Numbered from the stretch's first letter, positions 39,461-52,094 are shown. The stretch is DNA of 64,000 nucleotides from Myxococcota bacterium (GCA_039028615.1 JBCCHT010000012.1:96001-160000), one strand, 5' to 3'. The notes: a model not told the origin generated them from the sequence alone. Numbers and translations are program-made.

Positions 39461-40897
39461 GTGACGCGTTCGGCCCCCGCTCCCACTTCCGCTGTCGCTT
39501 CTTCGTTCCCCCTGCGTGGGACTCGGGCCACGTCTCGCCGCATCGCGATGGCCTTGGCCTTGCTCATGGGCGCGGCTCCGCTCGCATGCAAGACCTCCGA
39601 GCCCCCCGCGGGCTCGGCCGGAGCAAGTGCCACCGCGATGGGCAGCTGGTCGGAGTGGCAAGACCTCGGCCCGCTGGTCGAGGTCGCCCGCAACCACGCC
39701 GACGAGCGCACGGTCTCGGTGCTCGAGCAGACCCAGACCTTGTTGCGCGAGGGCAAGGCGGCCAGCGCCGATCGCCAGCTGTCGCAGGCCGCCGACACGG
39801 CGGGTCGACACTGGGTGGCCGTCGCCCGGGGCGACCTCGCCTCGCTGTACTTCACCGTCTGCATTCGCGGCGTGGCCTGGCGACTCGAAGACGGCCGACA
39901 GGGCGGCCCCACCGATCGCGAGGTCGACTTCTCGGAGGAGCGACGGATCAAGCCCGAGGACATCTCGGTCGAGGCCACCCTCACCAATCTCGACGCCGCG
40001 GTGTCCTCGGAGATCGACGCGCTCTCCGTGCAGGCTCGCATCGCCCGGGCCCGCGTCGCCGCCTATACCGAGCGCTGTCCGCCCAACGAGGACGTAGCCC
40101 GGCTCGCGCAGCGCATCCTCGACGCCGACCTGGCCACCTTGGCCGCGGAAGGCCACCTCACGCCCGATCTCGCCTATCTGTGGGCGGGCGTGCAGATGAC
40201 CCGCTTCTCGGGTTCCGCCGCCCAGCCCTTCCTCATGCAGGCGCGCGAGGGTGGCTTCGACCATCCCGCGGTCACGTACATGCTCGCGGTGATCTCGCTC
40301 GAGAACGGCGACCTCGACCGCGCGGACACGCTGGCGAGCGAGGCGGTCGCCACCTACGCCGAGCTCGGAGACAAGGCCCAGCAGGCCCAGGGTTCCTTCA
40401 TTCGCGGCGAGGTGTCCCGGCAGCGCAGCAAGATGGAGGACGCGCGCAAGCACTTCGAAGAAGCGCTAGCGCAGCAGCCCAGCCACATCCCCGCCCTGCT
40501 CGCCATCGCCGGCATCGTGCACGAAAACGACGGCGAAGACGCGGCCGTCGAGTACATCCACGGCGTGCTGCCAGCGCTGCTGCTCGACGGCGAGCTCGAT
40601 GCGGGACGTGCCCGCGAAGCCGCGGGCAACGTGGAGTCGCTGGTGATCGTGGCCGACACGCCCTTCCTCGCCCAGCTGTGCCGCGACGCCCTGCTCTTCG
40701 ACATCGACGACGAAGAAGACGCGATGCGCCGAGGCATTCGCTACTTCTACGTCGCCACGCTCGACGTCCGCCTGCGCGAGTACGAGATCGCCCAGGGGCA
40801 CGCCGTGTTGGCCAAGGACGAGTTCGAGGAAGCCTTCGTCCCGCCGCCGATCGACGTGCAGAGGTTCCTCGATCGGCTGTCCGAGTCGGGCGGATAG
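39461..40897 (+). CDS. TPR-containing lipoprotein
   Basis: Lipobox PLAC; TPR-like helices (ARKHFEEALAQQPSHIPALL). Start is 39461 GTG or 39548 ATG. Confidence 0.7.
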   Translation: MTRSAPAPTSAVASSFPLRGTRATSRRIAMALALLMGAAPLACKTSEPPAGSAGASATAMGSWSEWQDLGPLVEVARNHADERTVSVLEQTQTLLREGKAASADRQLSQAADTAGRHWVAVARGDLASLYFTVCIRGVAWRLEDGRQGGPTDREVDFSEERRIKPEDISVEATLTNLDAAVSSEIDALSVQARIARARVAAYTERCPPNEDVARLAQRILDADLATLAAEGHLTPDLAYLWAGVQMTRFSGSAAQPFLMQAREGGFDHPAVTYMLAVISLENGDLDRADTLASEAVATYAELGDKAQQAQGSFIRGEVSRQRSKMEDARKHFEEALAQQPSHIPALLAIAGIVHENDGEDAAVEYIHGVLPALLLDGELDAGRAREAAGNVESLVIVADTPFLAQLCRDALLFDIDDEEDAMRRGIRYFYVATLDVRLREYEIAQGHAVLAKDEFEEAFVPPPIDVQRFLDRLSESGG

Positions 40898-40921
40898 GCA
40901 CCGCCCGCTCGGCTCATCTGC

Positions 40922-41542
40922 TCACTCGCAGAAAAGCCACTTTTGGGGCACGCATTCGCCCTGGCCGTTGCACGCGTGCTGCGACTTCACGCGCGAGGCT
41001 CCTCCGATCACGACATCGGCAACGGGCTCTGGCAAGGTCTCGGCCAGGCACTCGATCTCGTAGGCATCGCTCGGTCCGCAGACCGCTCCGGGCAGGCACG
41101 GAGTCCCGCATTCCTCTCCGTCGGAGCACGTGCCGCTACCGCAGGCCTGAGGCCACAGTCCACAGGAACCTTCTTCGGTGCAGTACCCCGTGGCCACCTG
41201 GCCGCCGGGTCTCTCGATCATGCACAGGCTTCCGCAGGTGGTGCACTCAGGCCCTTCGGGCTCGACCTCCAGCGGCTCGCAGCTCTCCGAAATCCGGTCC
41301 ATACACAGGCCGGTCGAGTTGCAGCGATACAGCTCGAACGCGGGCAGCTCGTCCGCGGGGCCTTGGTTCACCACCCCTCCGCATAGCTTCCCGCAGTCGT
41401 CTGCCTCGTCACAGATGGCGAACTTGAGGCCTCGCTCCTCGAGCTCGGGCGACGCATCTTCGATCACCTCGAAGTCCGGATCGTCGTACTCCGAGCAGGC
41501 ACCGAGCATCAGCAACGCGAGGGGGATCAGGCATCGTTTCAT
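40922..41542 (-). CDS. Cys-rich lipoprotein
   Basis: Lipobox LGAC; repeated CG..C and C...G.C motifs. Confidence 0.7.
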   Translation of the reverse strand: MKRCLIPLALLMLGACSEYDDPDFEVIEDASPELEERGLKFAICDEADDCGKLCGGVVNQGPADELPAFELYRCNSTGLCMDRISESCEPLEVEPEGPECTTCGSLCMIERPGGQVATGYCTEEGSCGLWPQACGSGTCSDGEECGTPCLPGAVCGPSDAYEIECLAETLPEPVADVVIGGASRVKSQHACNGQGECVPQKWLFCE

Positions 41543-41672
41543 CGGGTCGGATAGTCCGGGCCGACGCCCTCATGATCACGAACGACGCGAACAAAACGCT
41601 CGCGTTGTTCGAAGGTGGGTCGGCCCGCCGTCCGGCCGTGGGTGGTCGACGCGGGAACGAAGCGGCCTGGCT

Positions 41673-42467
41673 CTAGCCCTGTCGACGACGTCGAGCAGCC
41701 GCCAACCCCAGCAACACGAACAGCGCCCACGTCGGCGAAGGCGAACGCGAGACGCTGCAGGTCCCCGCGTCCGAGAAAGGACGGCGCTCGATGTCCGTGG
41801 TGCAAAGCTCGCTCGTCGGCCCTCGGTTCCCGGCGAGGTCGAGGTACGAGGCGCGAACGCAGACCTGCTCGACTTGTTCGGGTCCGTCGAAGTAGCGACT
41901 CAGCTCGCCCACCTCGGCGTGGCGGGGAGCGACCAGTTCATCCGCGCCGCTGCTGCCGGAAAACTCGGCGTAGTCCCCTTCGATGAGCAGCCAGTGCTCG
42001 TGGGGCCCCTCCACCTCGACGTCGATGACCAGAGACTCGCGGCCGTACATGACCGCGTCGACCGCTTCGATCACCGGGGTGACCGTGACGGGCGAGGCGA
42101 CCTCGTCCACCACCTCGAGCGGGAGCATGACCTCGCGCGGGTCATCGCAGTACGGAGTGTGGAGCAGGCGGAGTGCGTACGACCCCGGCTCCAGCTCCTC
42201 GGGCGACTCGAAGACTTCAAACGTCCGATCGGTCTGCGAATCGAATGCCGGCTCCAGAGGGAGCTCGGTCCCCTCGGTGTCGACGAGCACGACCTCGCCG
42301 AGCGTCCCGTGGGGCTCGATTGCGATGAAGCCGTCGCGAACGGTCGGTTGGTTCGCCGTGTGGACAGCCGGTTGTTCCCCCGTCGGCCGACACTCGGAAT
42401 CGGCATGAGCCAGGCTCGGCAACAACGAAGCGACGATGACAGAGACAGTAAGGAAATATCTGATCAT
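41673..42467 (-). CDS. MYXO-CTERM secreted protein
   Basis: Signal peptide (AHA); C-terminal GTCSVS...WALFVLLGLAAARRRR. Confidence 0.7.
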   Translation of the reverse strand: MIRYFLTVSVIVASLLPSLAHADSECRPTGEQPAVHTANQPTVRDGFIAIEPHGTLGEVVLVDTEGTELPLEPAFDSQTDRTFEVFESPEELEPGSYALRLLHTPYCDDPREVMLPLEVVDEVASPVTVTPVIEAVDAVMYGRESLVIDVEVEGPHEHWLLIEGDYAEFSGSSGADELVAPRHAEVGELSRYFDGPEQVEQVCVRASYLDLAGNRGPTSELCTTDIERRPFSDAGTCSVSRSPSPTWALFVLLGLAAARRRRQG

Positions 42468-42505
42468 GCTACTAAGGGGTGAGGTCCACGACCGGACCTA
42501 TTGGA

Positions 42506-43051
42506 TCACTGCCACGTGCCGTTTTCCATCTCGATCGACAGCGTATTGCTCGGCGGGTCTCGGTGGGAGGGCAGGTCGTCGTACTCGATCGTGAAACCAA
42601 TCGACCACTGCATCGTGAACTCCAGGCTCCAGTCGGTCACGTCGCGGTCGAAGTAGAGGATCTGCGGCGTGCTGCACCGAGAGCCCGATTGGCCGCCCCA
42701 GGGCCCATCCGCGGGCAGCTCGAAGTGGAGACCCGTCGACCGATCCGAGACCGTGTCGATCGCCTGGCGCTGCAACCCGTCTTCGTCACCATCGATGGTC
42801 ATCCAGATGGAGCCTTCGCCCGTGCCCCGCCGCCTCACCACGTCACCCAGAACCGACGCGGTGGCAGTGACTCGTTCATCGCCCGGGCCGTCCATGCACA
42901 GCGTCACGCGGAACCGAGCCGGCGGATCGAACTCGGACAAGACGATGTCGTGGCCGACCTCTTCGACGTAGAGGCTCGGAGGCGAGCAGGCGGTCGCGCC
43001 CGCGATCGAGCCCACCAGCACAAAGCGGTATGCGATCGAAGACAACGACAT
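42506..43051 (-). CDS. hypothetical lipoprotein
   Basis: MSLSSIAYRFVLVGSIAGATAC lipobox; ATG at 43051. Confidence 0.55.
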   Translation of the reverse strand: MSLSSIAYRFVLVGSIAGATACSPPSLYVEEVGHDIVLSEFDPPARFRVTLCMDGPGDERVTATASVLGDVVRRRGTGEGSIWMTIDGDEDGLQRQAIDTVSDRSTGLHFELPADGPWGGQSGSRCSTPQILYFDRDVTDWSLEFTMQWSIGFTIEYDDLPSHRDPPSNTLSIEMENGTWQ

Positions 43052-43471
43052 CCAGTGGCGATAGTGTCTCGAACGCGGGCGACGATCACATCGATTTCGA
43101 CGTTTCTCACATGCCCGCGGGCGGCCCCTACGGGGGGTTCTGAGCGGTTCCAACCAACAGCATCGCAAATGGCGCCTGGCGAAGATCGGCCGCAATGGGG
43201 AAAACGTTGGTGGGATCGGAGGACATCGATTCGAACCGGCGGCCACCCCCGCGCGAACGACGAAGCTCACGCCCGCGGTGACTCGCTGAGCTGACGCCGT
43301 TCTAGTGGCGCCGGGCGACGAGCAAACCGCGGCAATGCGGGACTGCTCACGCAACGTGATTCGACGGCGCGAAGACGGGCCGGCATGACCCGGAACAAGG
43401 GGTTCCGTTGGCTGTGCGGACGTTTTATGGTCGCCACCCCGCTCGGAGGGGCACCTTCCAAGGACTCAGGC

Positions 43472-45061
<1,590 letters not shown>

Positions 45062-45081
45062 GCCGCTCGGCCCTAGGCCAC

Positions 45082-45125
45082 GACGAGGCCGGCTCCGTCG
45101 CTCGACGGGCCGGCCTTCGTCTTTG
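45082..45125 (+). terminator. intrinsic terminator after pckA
   Basis: GACGAGGCCGGCTCCGTCG / CGACGGGCCGGCCTTCGTC hairpin followed by TTT. Confidence 0.65.
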
Positions 45126-45254
45126 GTTGGCCGCTCGCCGACCCGCGCGCGACCCGAGGCTCGAAGCATCGGGGATTCCCCGGTCAGAGGCCGTTCAAAG
45201 CACTTCTGACCGCTCGGTAGACAACGACCGGCCCGCGTGCCTAGGCTGCCGCCC

Positions 45255-46319
45255 ATGCATCGCCTTGCCCTTTCCGTTGCTCTGGCTGCCTCTTTGCCCT
45301 GTTTCGCCGGCTGCGGCAGCGACCCGGACGATACGGACAGCGGAGCGGAGGGCACCACGGGCGGGGGCACCACGGTCGGCGAGACGGGGGCCGAGACCGT
45401 GGCCGCCGACAGCTCGGGCGCAGGCGAGACCGATGCCGTCGACACCACCGCCGCGGGCGAAGAGGAGAGCTCGGGCGACACCGGGCCCGGCGTGGAGTGC
45501 CAGCTCTCCGACGGCGAGAACCTCATCGACGTCAACGGCCAGATGCGCACCGTGTTCCTCGACCTGCCTTCCAACATCGAGGACGGCGGACCCTGGCCGG
45601 TCGTGTTCAACTGGCACGGCCTGGGCGACTCGGCGGGCAACTTCCGCCAGCTGGTCGCGCCCTACGTCGATGATCCCGAGTTCCCCTTCATCGGCGTGAC
45701 TCCGGAGGACACCGACTTCGCGCTCATGCTCCCGGGCATCGGCACCTTGCCGCTCGACTGGGAGGTGTTCATGGTCGACGAGGCCAACGCCGAGCTCGCC
45801 CTATTCGACGCCACGCTCGCGTGCCTCGACTCGCAGTACGGAGTGGATGCCGACCGCGTGCACACCATGGGCTTCTCGCTCGGCAGCATCCTGAGCGACC
45901 TCATCGGCAGCATGCGCGGCGACGTGATCGCCTCCATCGCCACCTACTCGGGCGGCTACTGGAACAACCCCAACTCCGACCTCGGCTTCGTGGCGCTGGC
46001 GGTGAGCTGGCCCGACCACCCGCACGATGTCCCGTACCCGCAGCTGTTCCTGCACGGGGGTGAGACCGACACCTTCGAGGTCAGCATCGCCGCGCTGTCG
46101 TTCTCGGACTTCGCCAACGCGGACGCGGCCTGGTTCGTGGACAACGGTCACCCGACCTTCCTGTGCGACCACGGCGGGGGGCATACCGCTCCCCCGGCCG
46201 CGATGGGCCCCGAGCAGCTGCTGCAGTTCTTCGCCGACCACCCGCGCGGCGTCGAGTCGCCCTACGTCGGGGCGGTGCCCGAGGCGTGGCCGGACTACTG
46301 CCAGCACGTGACCGAGTAG
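45255..46319 (+). CDS. lipoprotein alpha/beta-hydrolase (PHB-depolymerase/LpqC-like esterase)
   Basis: Lipobox FAGC; PVVFNWHG, GFSLG nucleophile elbow, HGGETD and GGGH motifs. Confidence 0.75.
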   Translation: MHRLALSVALAASLPCFAGCGSDPDDTDSGAEGTTGGGTTVGETGAETVAADSSGAGETDAVDTTAAGEEESSGDTGPGVECQLSDGENLIDVNGQMRTVFLDLPSNIEDGGPWPVVFNWHGLGDSAGNFRQLVAPYVDDPEFPFIGVTPEDTDFALMLPGIGTLPLDWEVFMVDEANAELALFDATLACLDSQYGVDADRVHTMGFSLGSILSDLIGSMRGDVIASIATYSGGYWNNPNSDLGFVALAVSWPDHPHDVPYPQLFLHGGETDTFEVSIAALSFSDFANADAAWFVDNGHPTFLCDHGGGHTAPPAAMGPEQLLQFFADHPRGVESPYVGAVPEAWPDYCQHVTE

Positions 46320-46339
46320 CGAGGTCTCGCAGCACGAAC

Positions 46340-46380
46340 GAGGGCGGCACCGCAGACGCGGTCGCCGCCCTCTTTTGTTT
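46340..46380 (+). terminator. intrinsic terminator
   Basis: GAGGGCGGCACCGC-AGAC-GCGGTCGCCGCCCTC followed by TTTTGTTT. Confidence 0.8.
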
Positions 46381-46392
46381 GGCCGGGCTCGG

Positions 46393-47223
46393 CTAGAAGG
46401 TGCCGGCCAGCGCGGCCTCGGGCGCCTCTTCGAGCGCGTCGCCCAGCTGCGCCTCGAGCAGCCCGGCCATCTTCGAGCGCTCCGCCTCGAGTTCGTCGCC
46501 TTCGATGCCCGTCTCGGCCTTGGTGTCGAACTCCCAGCGCGCTCGCTCGATGCGAACGGTGGGCGCAGGCAGGTACGACAAGATCGGCCAGACGTAGCGC
46601 TCGAGGGCGTGGTCGGGGCTGTCGGAGAGCCGCCAGCGGTTGCCGAGCATGAAGCGGTCGGCCCCCTCGATGGCCGCGGACAGCCGCACACCCAGCATGC
46701 CCATCACCAAGCTGCGCGCCTCGAGCAAGCGGGGCTGGACGCCGAAGGCATCGAGACGCTCGAGACGATCGGCCGCGGGATAGCGCTCGTCGCCGCGCCG
46801 AAACGCGAGCCACGACATGAACTCGTGACTGTGCCGCCAGACCAAGCGCTGCAGCTCGATGGTGGCGACCATGTTCGCGAGACGGCTGCCGTGCTTTTTC
46901 GTCAGCTCGGTCCCGACCTCGTTCATCTGCTCGCGGAGCTCGCGATCGAAGCGCGAGAGCGAGGCACCGCTGTGATGCTCGTCGAGCACCGTCAGCGCGA
47001 GCGCGGCTCCGAGCCCGACGTGACTGGCCAGCTGCACCTCGGTGGTGACCAACTGCTCGTACAGGTTGGGCATCACCCGCTGCTTGCCTTCGTCGTCGAG
47101 CTGCTCCACCTGCTGCAAGGCTTCTTGCTTCAGGTTCGTCAAATCGCGGCGAAGCTCGTCGACTTGGTCGTCTAGATCTGGAGTCCGTACCTGGGCAAGG
47201 AAGATCTCCCGAGCGCTCGACAT
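46393..47223 (-). CDS. hypothetical helical protein
   Basis: ATG at 47223 (MSSAREIF); strong coding bias; no recognised motif. Confidence 0.65.
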   Translation of the reverse strand: MSSAREIFLAQVRTPDLDDQVDELRRDLTNLKQEALQQVEQLDDEGKQRVMPNLYEQLVTTEVQLASHVGLGAALALTVLDEHHSGASLSRFDRELREQMNEVGTELTKKHGSRLANMVATIELQRLVWRHSHEFMSWLAFRRGDERYPAADRLERLDAFGVQPRLLEARSLVMGMLGVRLSAAIEGADRFMLGNRWRLSDSPDHALERYVWPILSYLPAPTVRIERARWEFDTKAETGIEGDELEAERSKMAGLLEAQLGDALEEAPEAALAGTF

Positions 47224-47443
47224 GCGAAAATGAGGGTATGCGGGGGCGGGGGCGCTTGTCACCACGCAGTTCCCGCTGAACAGGCGACTCGGTCCGAGGC
47301 CGGGCTCACTTCGGGTACCGGCCCTCGTCGGGACGTCGGGAGACTGCCCGACATGCAATAAAATCAGGGTCTTGGGCCGCAAGTCGGTCCGCTCAGACCC
47401 ATTGACCCCGCCATGCGTTCGGACGCGATCGCGAGGCCTCTTC

Positions 47444-50400
47444 ATGCCCGACAGCGCCGTCGAACCCACTTCAGACCCGCGGCTCCGTGCCGTTTTCTGC
47501 CTTTTGCTGACGCTCGGCTGCGGCTCCGAGCCCCCGCCCACCACGGCGGAGGCCCCCGCCGAGGCGGCCGAGACCACACAGGAGGCCGCGGCCGTCCCGG
47601 GCGGAGAGGTGGTGGCCATCAGCGGCCCGGGTGGCCTCCGCTCGCCCGCGCTGCCCCCCGGCACCTTCATGGGCCCCGGCGGCCGGCTCGAGGCGGGGCA
47701 ATCGCTCGAGACCCCCAAGGGCACGCTGGCCGAGCTCCGGCTCGAGACCGGCGTCCGCATCCGCATGAACGAGGACACCGCGCTGTCGCTGCCGGGCTCG
47801 GGCGCGGCATCGCGACTCGTGCTGACCCGGGGCGAGATCGTCGTGCTGACCGAGCCGGGGGTCACCGCCGACCTGGCCGTCGCCGCGGGCGATGAGGTCC
47901 TCACCGTGGCGCAAGGTGAGGCTCAGATCCGTCACGACGGCGGCACCCGACGCTTCGCGGTGGTGGTGGGTCGGGCCGAGCTGCAGGCCCCCACCCGCAG
48001 CCTGACCCTGTCGGCGGGCGAGAGCATCGAGGCCCCGCTCCCCGAAGAGCGCGCCCGCGTACCCGAGCTCAGCCTCGCCCCGCTACGGGAGACCGGTTGG
48101 TCGCGCACCTTCGAGACCGCGGCCCAGATCGCCAAGGACGTGCCCGCGGGCGTCGGTAGCCTCACCGCGCGGCGCCCCGGCAGCCAGGCCCAGCGCCAGC
48201 ACCTGCGCCTCACCGATCAGACGGTCCACGTGAGCATCGCGGGCCGGGTGGCGCATACCGAGATCGAGCAGGCCTTCTTCAACGACCAGCCCGCCGTGCT
48301 CGAGGGCACCTACCGCTTCCCGCTGCCCGGCGACGGCTCGGTCTCGGGCTTGGGCCTGTTGGTCGGCAACCGCTGGATGGACGGCGAGATCGTCGAAAAG
48401 ACCCGCGCCCGGCGGATCTTCAAGTCGATCGTCGACGCCACCATCCCTCGCGATCCCGCGCTGCTCGAGTGGGAGCAGGGCAACCTGTTCAAGCTCCGCG
48501 TGTTCCCCATCCCCGGCCGCGGCGAGCGACGGGTTCGGCTGTCCTATACGCAGGTGCTCCCGGTCGCGGACGACATGCTGCGCTACCGCTTCCCGCTCGC
48601 GGGCAGCGGCGCGGGCGGGACGGAGATCGAGCACTTCGAGTTCCGGGTCACCGTCGATGGCGAACACCTCGACGAGGCCACGCTCTCGGACATCGGCACC
48701 CCGATGATGGAGCTCGAGCGCACCATCAAGGGCTCGCAGGTCCAGCTGCACGCCGATCGCGAGCACTTCGTGCCCACCGCGGACATCGGGGTCGACATCC
48801 CCATCCCGCCCAGCGAGGCCGAGGTCCATACCGCGACCCACCTCGACCGCGACGGCCAGGCCTACTTCATGGTCTCGATGCAGCCCGAGCTCGAGCTGCC
48901 TCGCCCCGAGGGCCCCACCAGCTTCGCGTTCGTGCTCGACCGCAGCCACAGCATGTCTCCCGAGCTGTGGACCGTGGCCCGGGGCATGGTCGAAGCCTTG
49001 GCCACCTCGATGGAGCCCGAAGATCGCTTCGCCGTGCTCGCCTGCGACACCGCGTGCGACGAGGTCCCCGGCGGCATGCTCACCGGGGAGCCCGGTGATC
49101 TCGACGAGATGAAGCGCTTCCTCGATGCCCAGGACCTGGCCGGAGCGAGCGATCTGGGCGGCATGCTGACGTCGGCGGCCGAGACCCTCGAGCGCGGCGG
49201 CGCGTCGGGTGAGCGAGTCATCGTGTACCTGGGCGACGGCACCCCCAGCTCGGGCGAGATGGCGGCCGATCGCCTGGCCGAGCACGTGGCGACGCCGCTG
49301 CGAGGGACTCGGGTCATGGCGGTCGCGCTCGGCTCTCGCTCCGACTTGACCACGCTGGGCGCCATCGTCAAGCAGACCGGCGGCGACATCCTGCTCGCCG
49401 ATCCCCGCGACGATCGCCTCCAGCTCGTTCGCGAGCTGCGACTGCGGGCGCGGGTCCCCGTGGCCCACGACATCGAGATCGACGTGCCCGATGGCATGGT
49501 CGCGGTGCACCGCCACGGCACCGATGGCCTGCGCCCCGGCGACACCTTGGTGGTCCTGGGCAAGCTCAGCCGCCCGGTGCACGACGACGTGGTCATCCGC
49601 GCGCAGGGCCCCGAGGGGCCGATCGAGCGCCGCTTCCGGGTCGATCTCGAGGCCGATCGCGACTCGCCGGTCGAGCATCGCCACCTGCCTCGGACCTGGG
49701 GTCAGGCCGAGATCGCCCACCTCACCCAGACCAAGGGCTTCGACGCCCGCGAGGACATCGTCGCCCTGTCCAAGCACTACACCGTGATGTCGCGGCACAC
49801 CTCGTTGCTCGTGCTCGAGAACGACGCGATGTACCGCGAGTTCAACGTCGTGCGAGCGGCCAAGAACACCGACAAGTGGAAGGGTGATCTCTCGAAGACC
49901 GAGTCCAAGACGCAAGCCGACGCGGGCTCGACCGGCAAGAAGACCGCCACGGCGGCACCAGAGACGGTCACCACGGAAGAGCTCGGGGCCGCGTTCAATC
50001 GCCAGGACCCCGCGGCCGCGGGTGGCGAGGGGCGCGAGCGCGAAAAGAGCGAGGATGTCGATGAGCTCCTCGATCCCGTGCCCGAGCCGGAGCCCGATCC
50101 CCAACCGAGTCCCCCGCCCTCGTCCGCTCCCACCGTTCCCAACGGGATCTCGGGCGGCGTGCTCGGAGGCGTTCCCGGCGGAGTCGTCGGCGGCAGCGGC
50201 AGCGGCAACCACTCGGGATTCGCCGAGCCCGAAGAAGAAGAGAACCGCAAAGCGGCCGAGGTGCGCCCGCAGCAGGCCCCCAAGGACGTCGGCGACGACT
50301 TCAGTGAGGACGACGATCTGTCGGACGTCGAATTCGGCGACGAAGACGTCGATGCTCCCGCGATCGCCACTGGCCGGACCTCGGGCTCCTCGAAGTCGGG

Positions 50401-51472
50401 CTCCCGCGGCGCCCCGGCCAAGACGGACAAGCCCAAGAAGAAGAAGCGCAAGCCCGCCTCCAAGAGCCCGATGGGCGACGACTTCGGTGGAGGCGGAGGC
50501 TGGGGCGACATCGAGCCCAAGCGCCCCGGCGGGGGCTGGGGTGGCCACCGCCCGGTTCGCCAGCTGAAGTCCCGGCCGCTCTCCGGGCCTCCCAGCGCCC
50601 GCACCCTCGCTCGAATCGAGGACCTACGGCGCGCGGTCGCGGCCGACCCGACCCAGCGCGGCCCTCACGGCAAGCTGGTGCGAGCGGCCCTGCGAGCGGG
50701 CGACACCCGGTCCCTCGACTTCGCGCGAGCCTGGGCCGAGGTCGACCCCGACCATGCACCCGCCTTGATGTCGCTGGCCGATGCCATGGCCGCCGACGGT
50801 GATCCCATGGCCCTGCGGGCCTACGAGAGCGCGCTGGAGGTCAAGCCCTTCGTCCGTCGGCACCACGCCGAGCTGGCCCGGGCCTTCGAGAGCCGCGGCG
50901 ACATGACCCGTGCCTGCTCGCATCGTCGGGCGGTGGTGAGCATCGATCCCAAGGACGGAGACCACCACGCCGACCTCAGCCGCTGCCTGGAGCGGGCGCG
51001 CCGACACACGGACGCGCTCGATGCCCTCGCCGACGGCCATCGGCGGGCCATCACCGACACCAGCGTGTTGTCGACGGTGGGCGCCGAGCTCAGCTCGGGG
51101 TCCGTGCCCGCGGCCTCGTTCAGCCTGCACTCGGGCGCCCAGCTGTCGCTGACGCTCACCTGGGCCGGCGAGGACGACCTCGACCTCGCGGTGGTCGACG
51201 CCAAGGGCCGACGCCTGTCCGGCTCGAGGCCTCAGGGCAAGGCCCGCGTCCGTGAGTCGGAGGGTCGCGAGCAGCTCACCCTCAAGAAGGTCCGCAAGTC
51301 GGTCTTCGTCGAGGTGACCCGGCGCTCCGCCACGCGGGACCGTGCGGACTCGGGTGGCGCGCCCATCCGCGGCGAGCTGACCATCAAGACCCCGAGCGGC
51401 ACCCGGCACGTGCCGGTCACCGTCCGGGACGGCACGGTGCGGGTGGCCAAGGTCTTCTGGATCACCCGCTGA
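47444..51472 (+). CDS. large lipoprotein: FecR-like + VIT + VWA + low-complexity linker + TPR-like + C-terminal beta-domain
   Basis: Lipobox LTLGC; VIT (AHTEIEQAFFN...LEGTYRFPLP...DPALLEW...FPIP); VWA MIDAS DRSHS, GASDL and YLGDG. Confidence 0.8.
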   Translation: MPDSAVEPTSDPRLRAVFCLLLTLGCGSEPPPTTAEAPAEAAETTQEAAAVPGGEVVAISGPGGLRSPALPPGTFMGPGGRLEAGQSLETPKGTLAELRLETGVRIRMNEDTALSLPGSGAASRLVLTRGEIVVLTEPGVTADLAVAAGDEVLTVAQGEAQIRHDGGTRRFAVVVGRAELQAPTRSLTLSAGESIEAPLPEERARVPELSLAPLRETGWSRTFETAAQIAKDVPAGVGSLTARRPGSQAQRQHLRLTDQTVHVSIAGRVAHTEIEQAFFNDQPAVLEGTYRFPLPGDGSVSGLGLLVGNRWMDGEIVEKTRARRIFKSIVDATIPRDPALLEWEQGNLFKLRVFPIPGRGERRVRLSYTQVLPVADDMLRYRFPLAGSGAGGTEIEHFEFRVTVDGEHLDEATLSDIGTPMMELERTIKGSQVQLHADREHFVPTADIGVDIPIPPSEAEVHTATHLDRDGQAYFMVSMQPELELPRPEGPTSFAFVLDRSHSMSPELWTVARGMVEALATSMEPEDRFAVLACDTACDEVPGGMLTGEPGDLDEMKRFLDAQDLAGASDLGGMLTSAAETLERGGASGERVIVYLGDGTPSSGEMAADRLAEHVATPLRGTRVMAVALGSRSDLTTLGAIVKQTGGDILLADPRDDRLQLVRELRLRARVPVAHDIEIDVPDGMVAVHRHGTDGLRPGDTLVVLGKLSRPVHDDVVIRAQGPEGPIERRFRVDLEADRDSPVEHRHLPRTWGQAEIAHLTQTKGFDAREDIVALSKHYTVMSRHTSLLVLENDAMYREFNVVRAAKNTDKWKGDLSKTESKTQADAGSTGKKTATAAPETVTTEELGAAFNRQDPAAAGGEGREREKSEDVDELLDPVPEPEPDPQPSPPPSSAPTVPNGISGGVLGGVPGGVVGGSGSGNHSGFAEPEEEENRKAAEVRPQQAPKDVGDDFSEDDDLSDVEFGDEDVDAPAIATGRTSGSSKSGSRGAPAKTDKPKKKKRKPASKSPMGDDFGGGGGWGDIEPKRPGGGWGGHRPVRQLKSRPLSGPPSARTLARIEDLRRAVAADPTQRGPHGKLVRAALRAGDTRSLDFARAWAEVDPDHAPALMSLADAMAADGDPMALRAYESALEVKPFVRRHHAELARAFESRGDMTRACSHRRAVVSIDPKDGDHHADLSRCLERARRHTDALDALADGHRRAITDTSVLSTVGAELSSGSVPAASFSLHSGAQLSLTLTWAGEDDLDLAVVDAKGRRLSGSRPQGKARVRESEGREQLTLKKVRKSVFVEVTRRSATRDRADSGGAPIRGELTIKTPSGTRHVPVTVRDGTVRVAKVFWITR

Positions 51473-51482
51473 GGCGCGGGGA

Positions 51483-52094
51483 CTACTCCCCGAAGTGCTG
51501 GGAGTAGTCCTCGATCGAGGCGGCGATGACCGCCTCGGCGTGCTCGCGCCCGTAGGTCTTGTCGATGGACACCGCGGGCTCCGCCCCCGGCACCATCTTG
51601 TAGGTCGCGAAGTAGTGGCGCAGGCGCTCGACCAGCACCTCGGGCAGCGCCGTGATGTCGTCGACCTTCGACCAGATGTTGTCGTTCTCGAGGACGGCGA
51701 TGATCTTGTCGTCGGCCTCGCCGTGGTCGACCATCTGGAGGCCGCCGATGACCTTCGCGTTGAGGATGATCTCCGCGCGGTCGATGGGGCGCTCCGAGAT
51801 CACGCAGATGTCGAGCGGGTCGCCGTCGCCCCGGCTCGCGTTGGGAGACAGCGCGTTGACGCGGTCGCCACAGTAGGTCCGCGGCACGAAGCCGTAGATG
51901 GTGGGCGGCTGCGAGCTCGAACGCGAGGGTCGATCGACTCGTAGGTAGCCGGTCTCTTTGTCGACCTCGTACTTCACGTGATCGAAAGGCGTAATCTCGA
52001 CGAATGCATGCACCAGCCGAGGCGGCTTGGGTCCCGCCTCGAGCCCATGCCAGGGGTGCGGGCGAAAGCGGTAGTAGGGCTTCGGGAAGGCCAC
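51483..52094 (-). CDS. ppa: inorganic pyrophosphatase (family I)
   Basis: HPWH, KYEVDK, YGFVPRT, DGDPLD, DDKII and F..YK motifs. Confidence 0.93.
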   Translation of the reverse strand: MAFPKPYYRFRPHPWHGLEAGPKPPRLVHAFVEITPFDHVKYEVDKETGYLRVDRPSRSSSQPPTIYGFVPRTYCGDRVNALSPNASRGDGDPLDICVISERPIDRAEIILNAKVIGGLQMVDHGEADDKIIAVLENDNIWSKVDDITALPEVLVERLRHYFATYKMVPGAEPAVSIDKTYGREHAEAVIAASIEDYSQHFGE

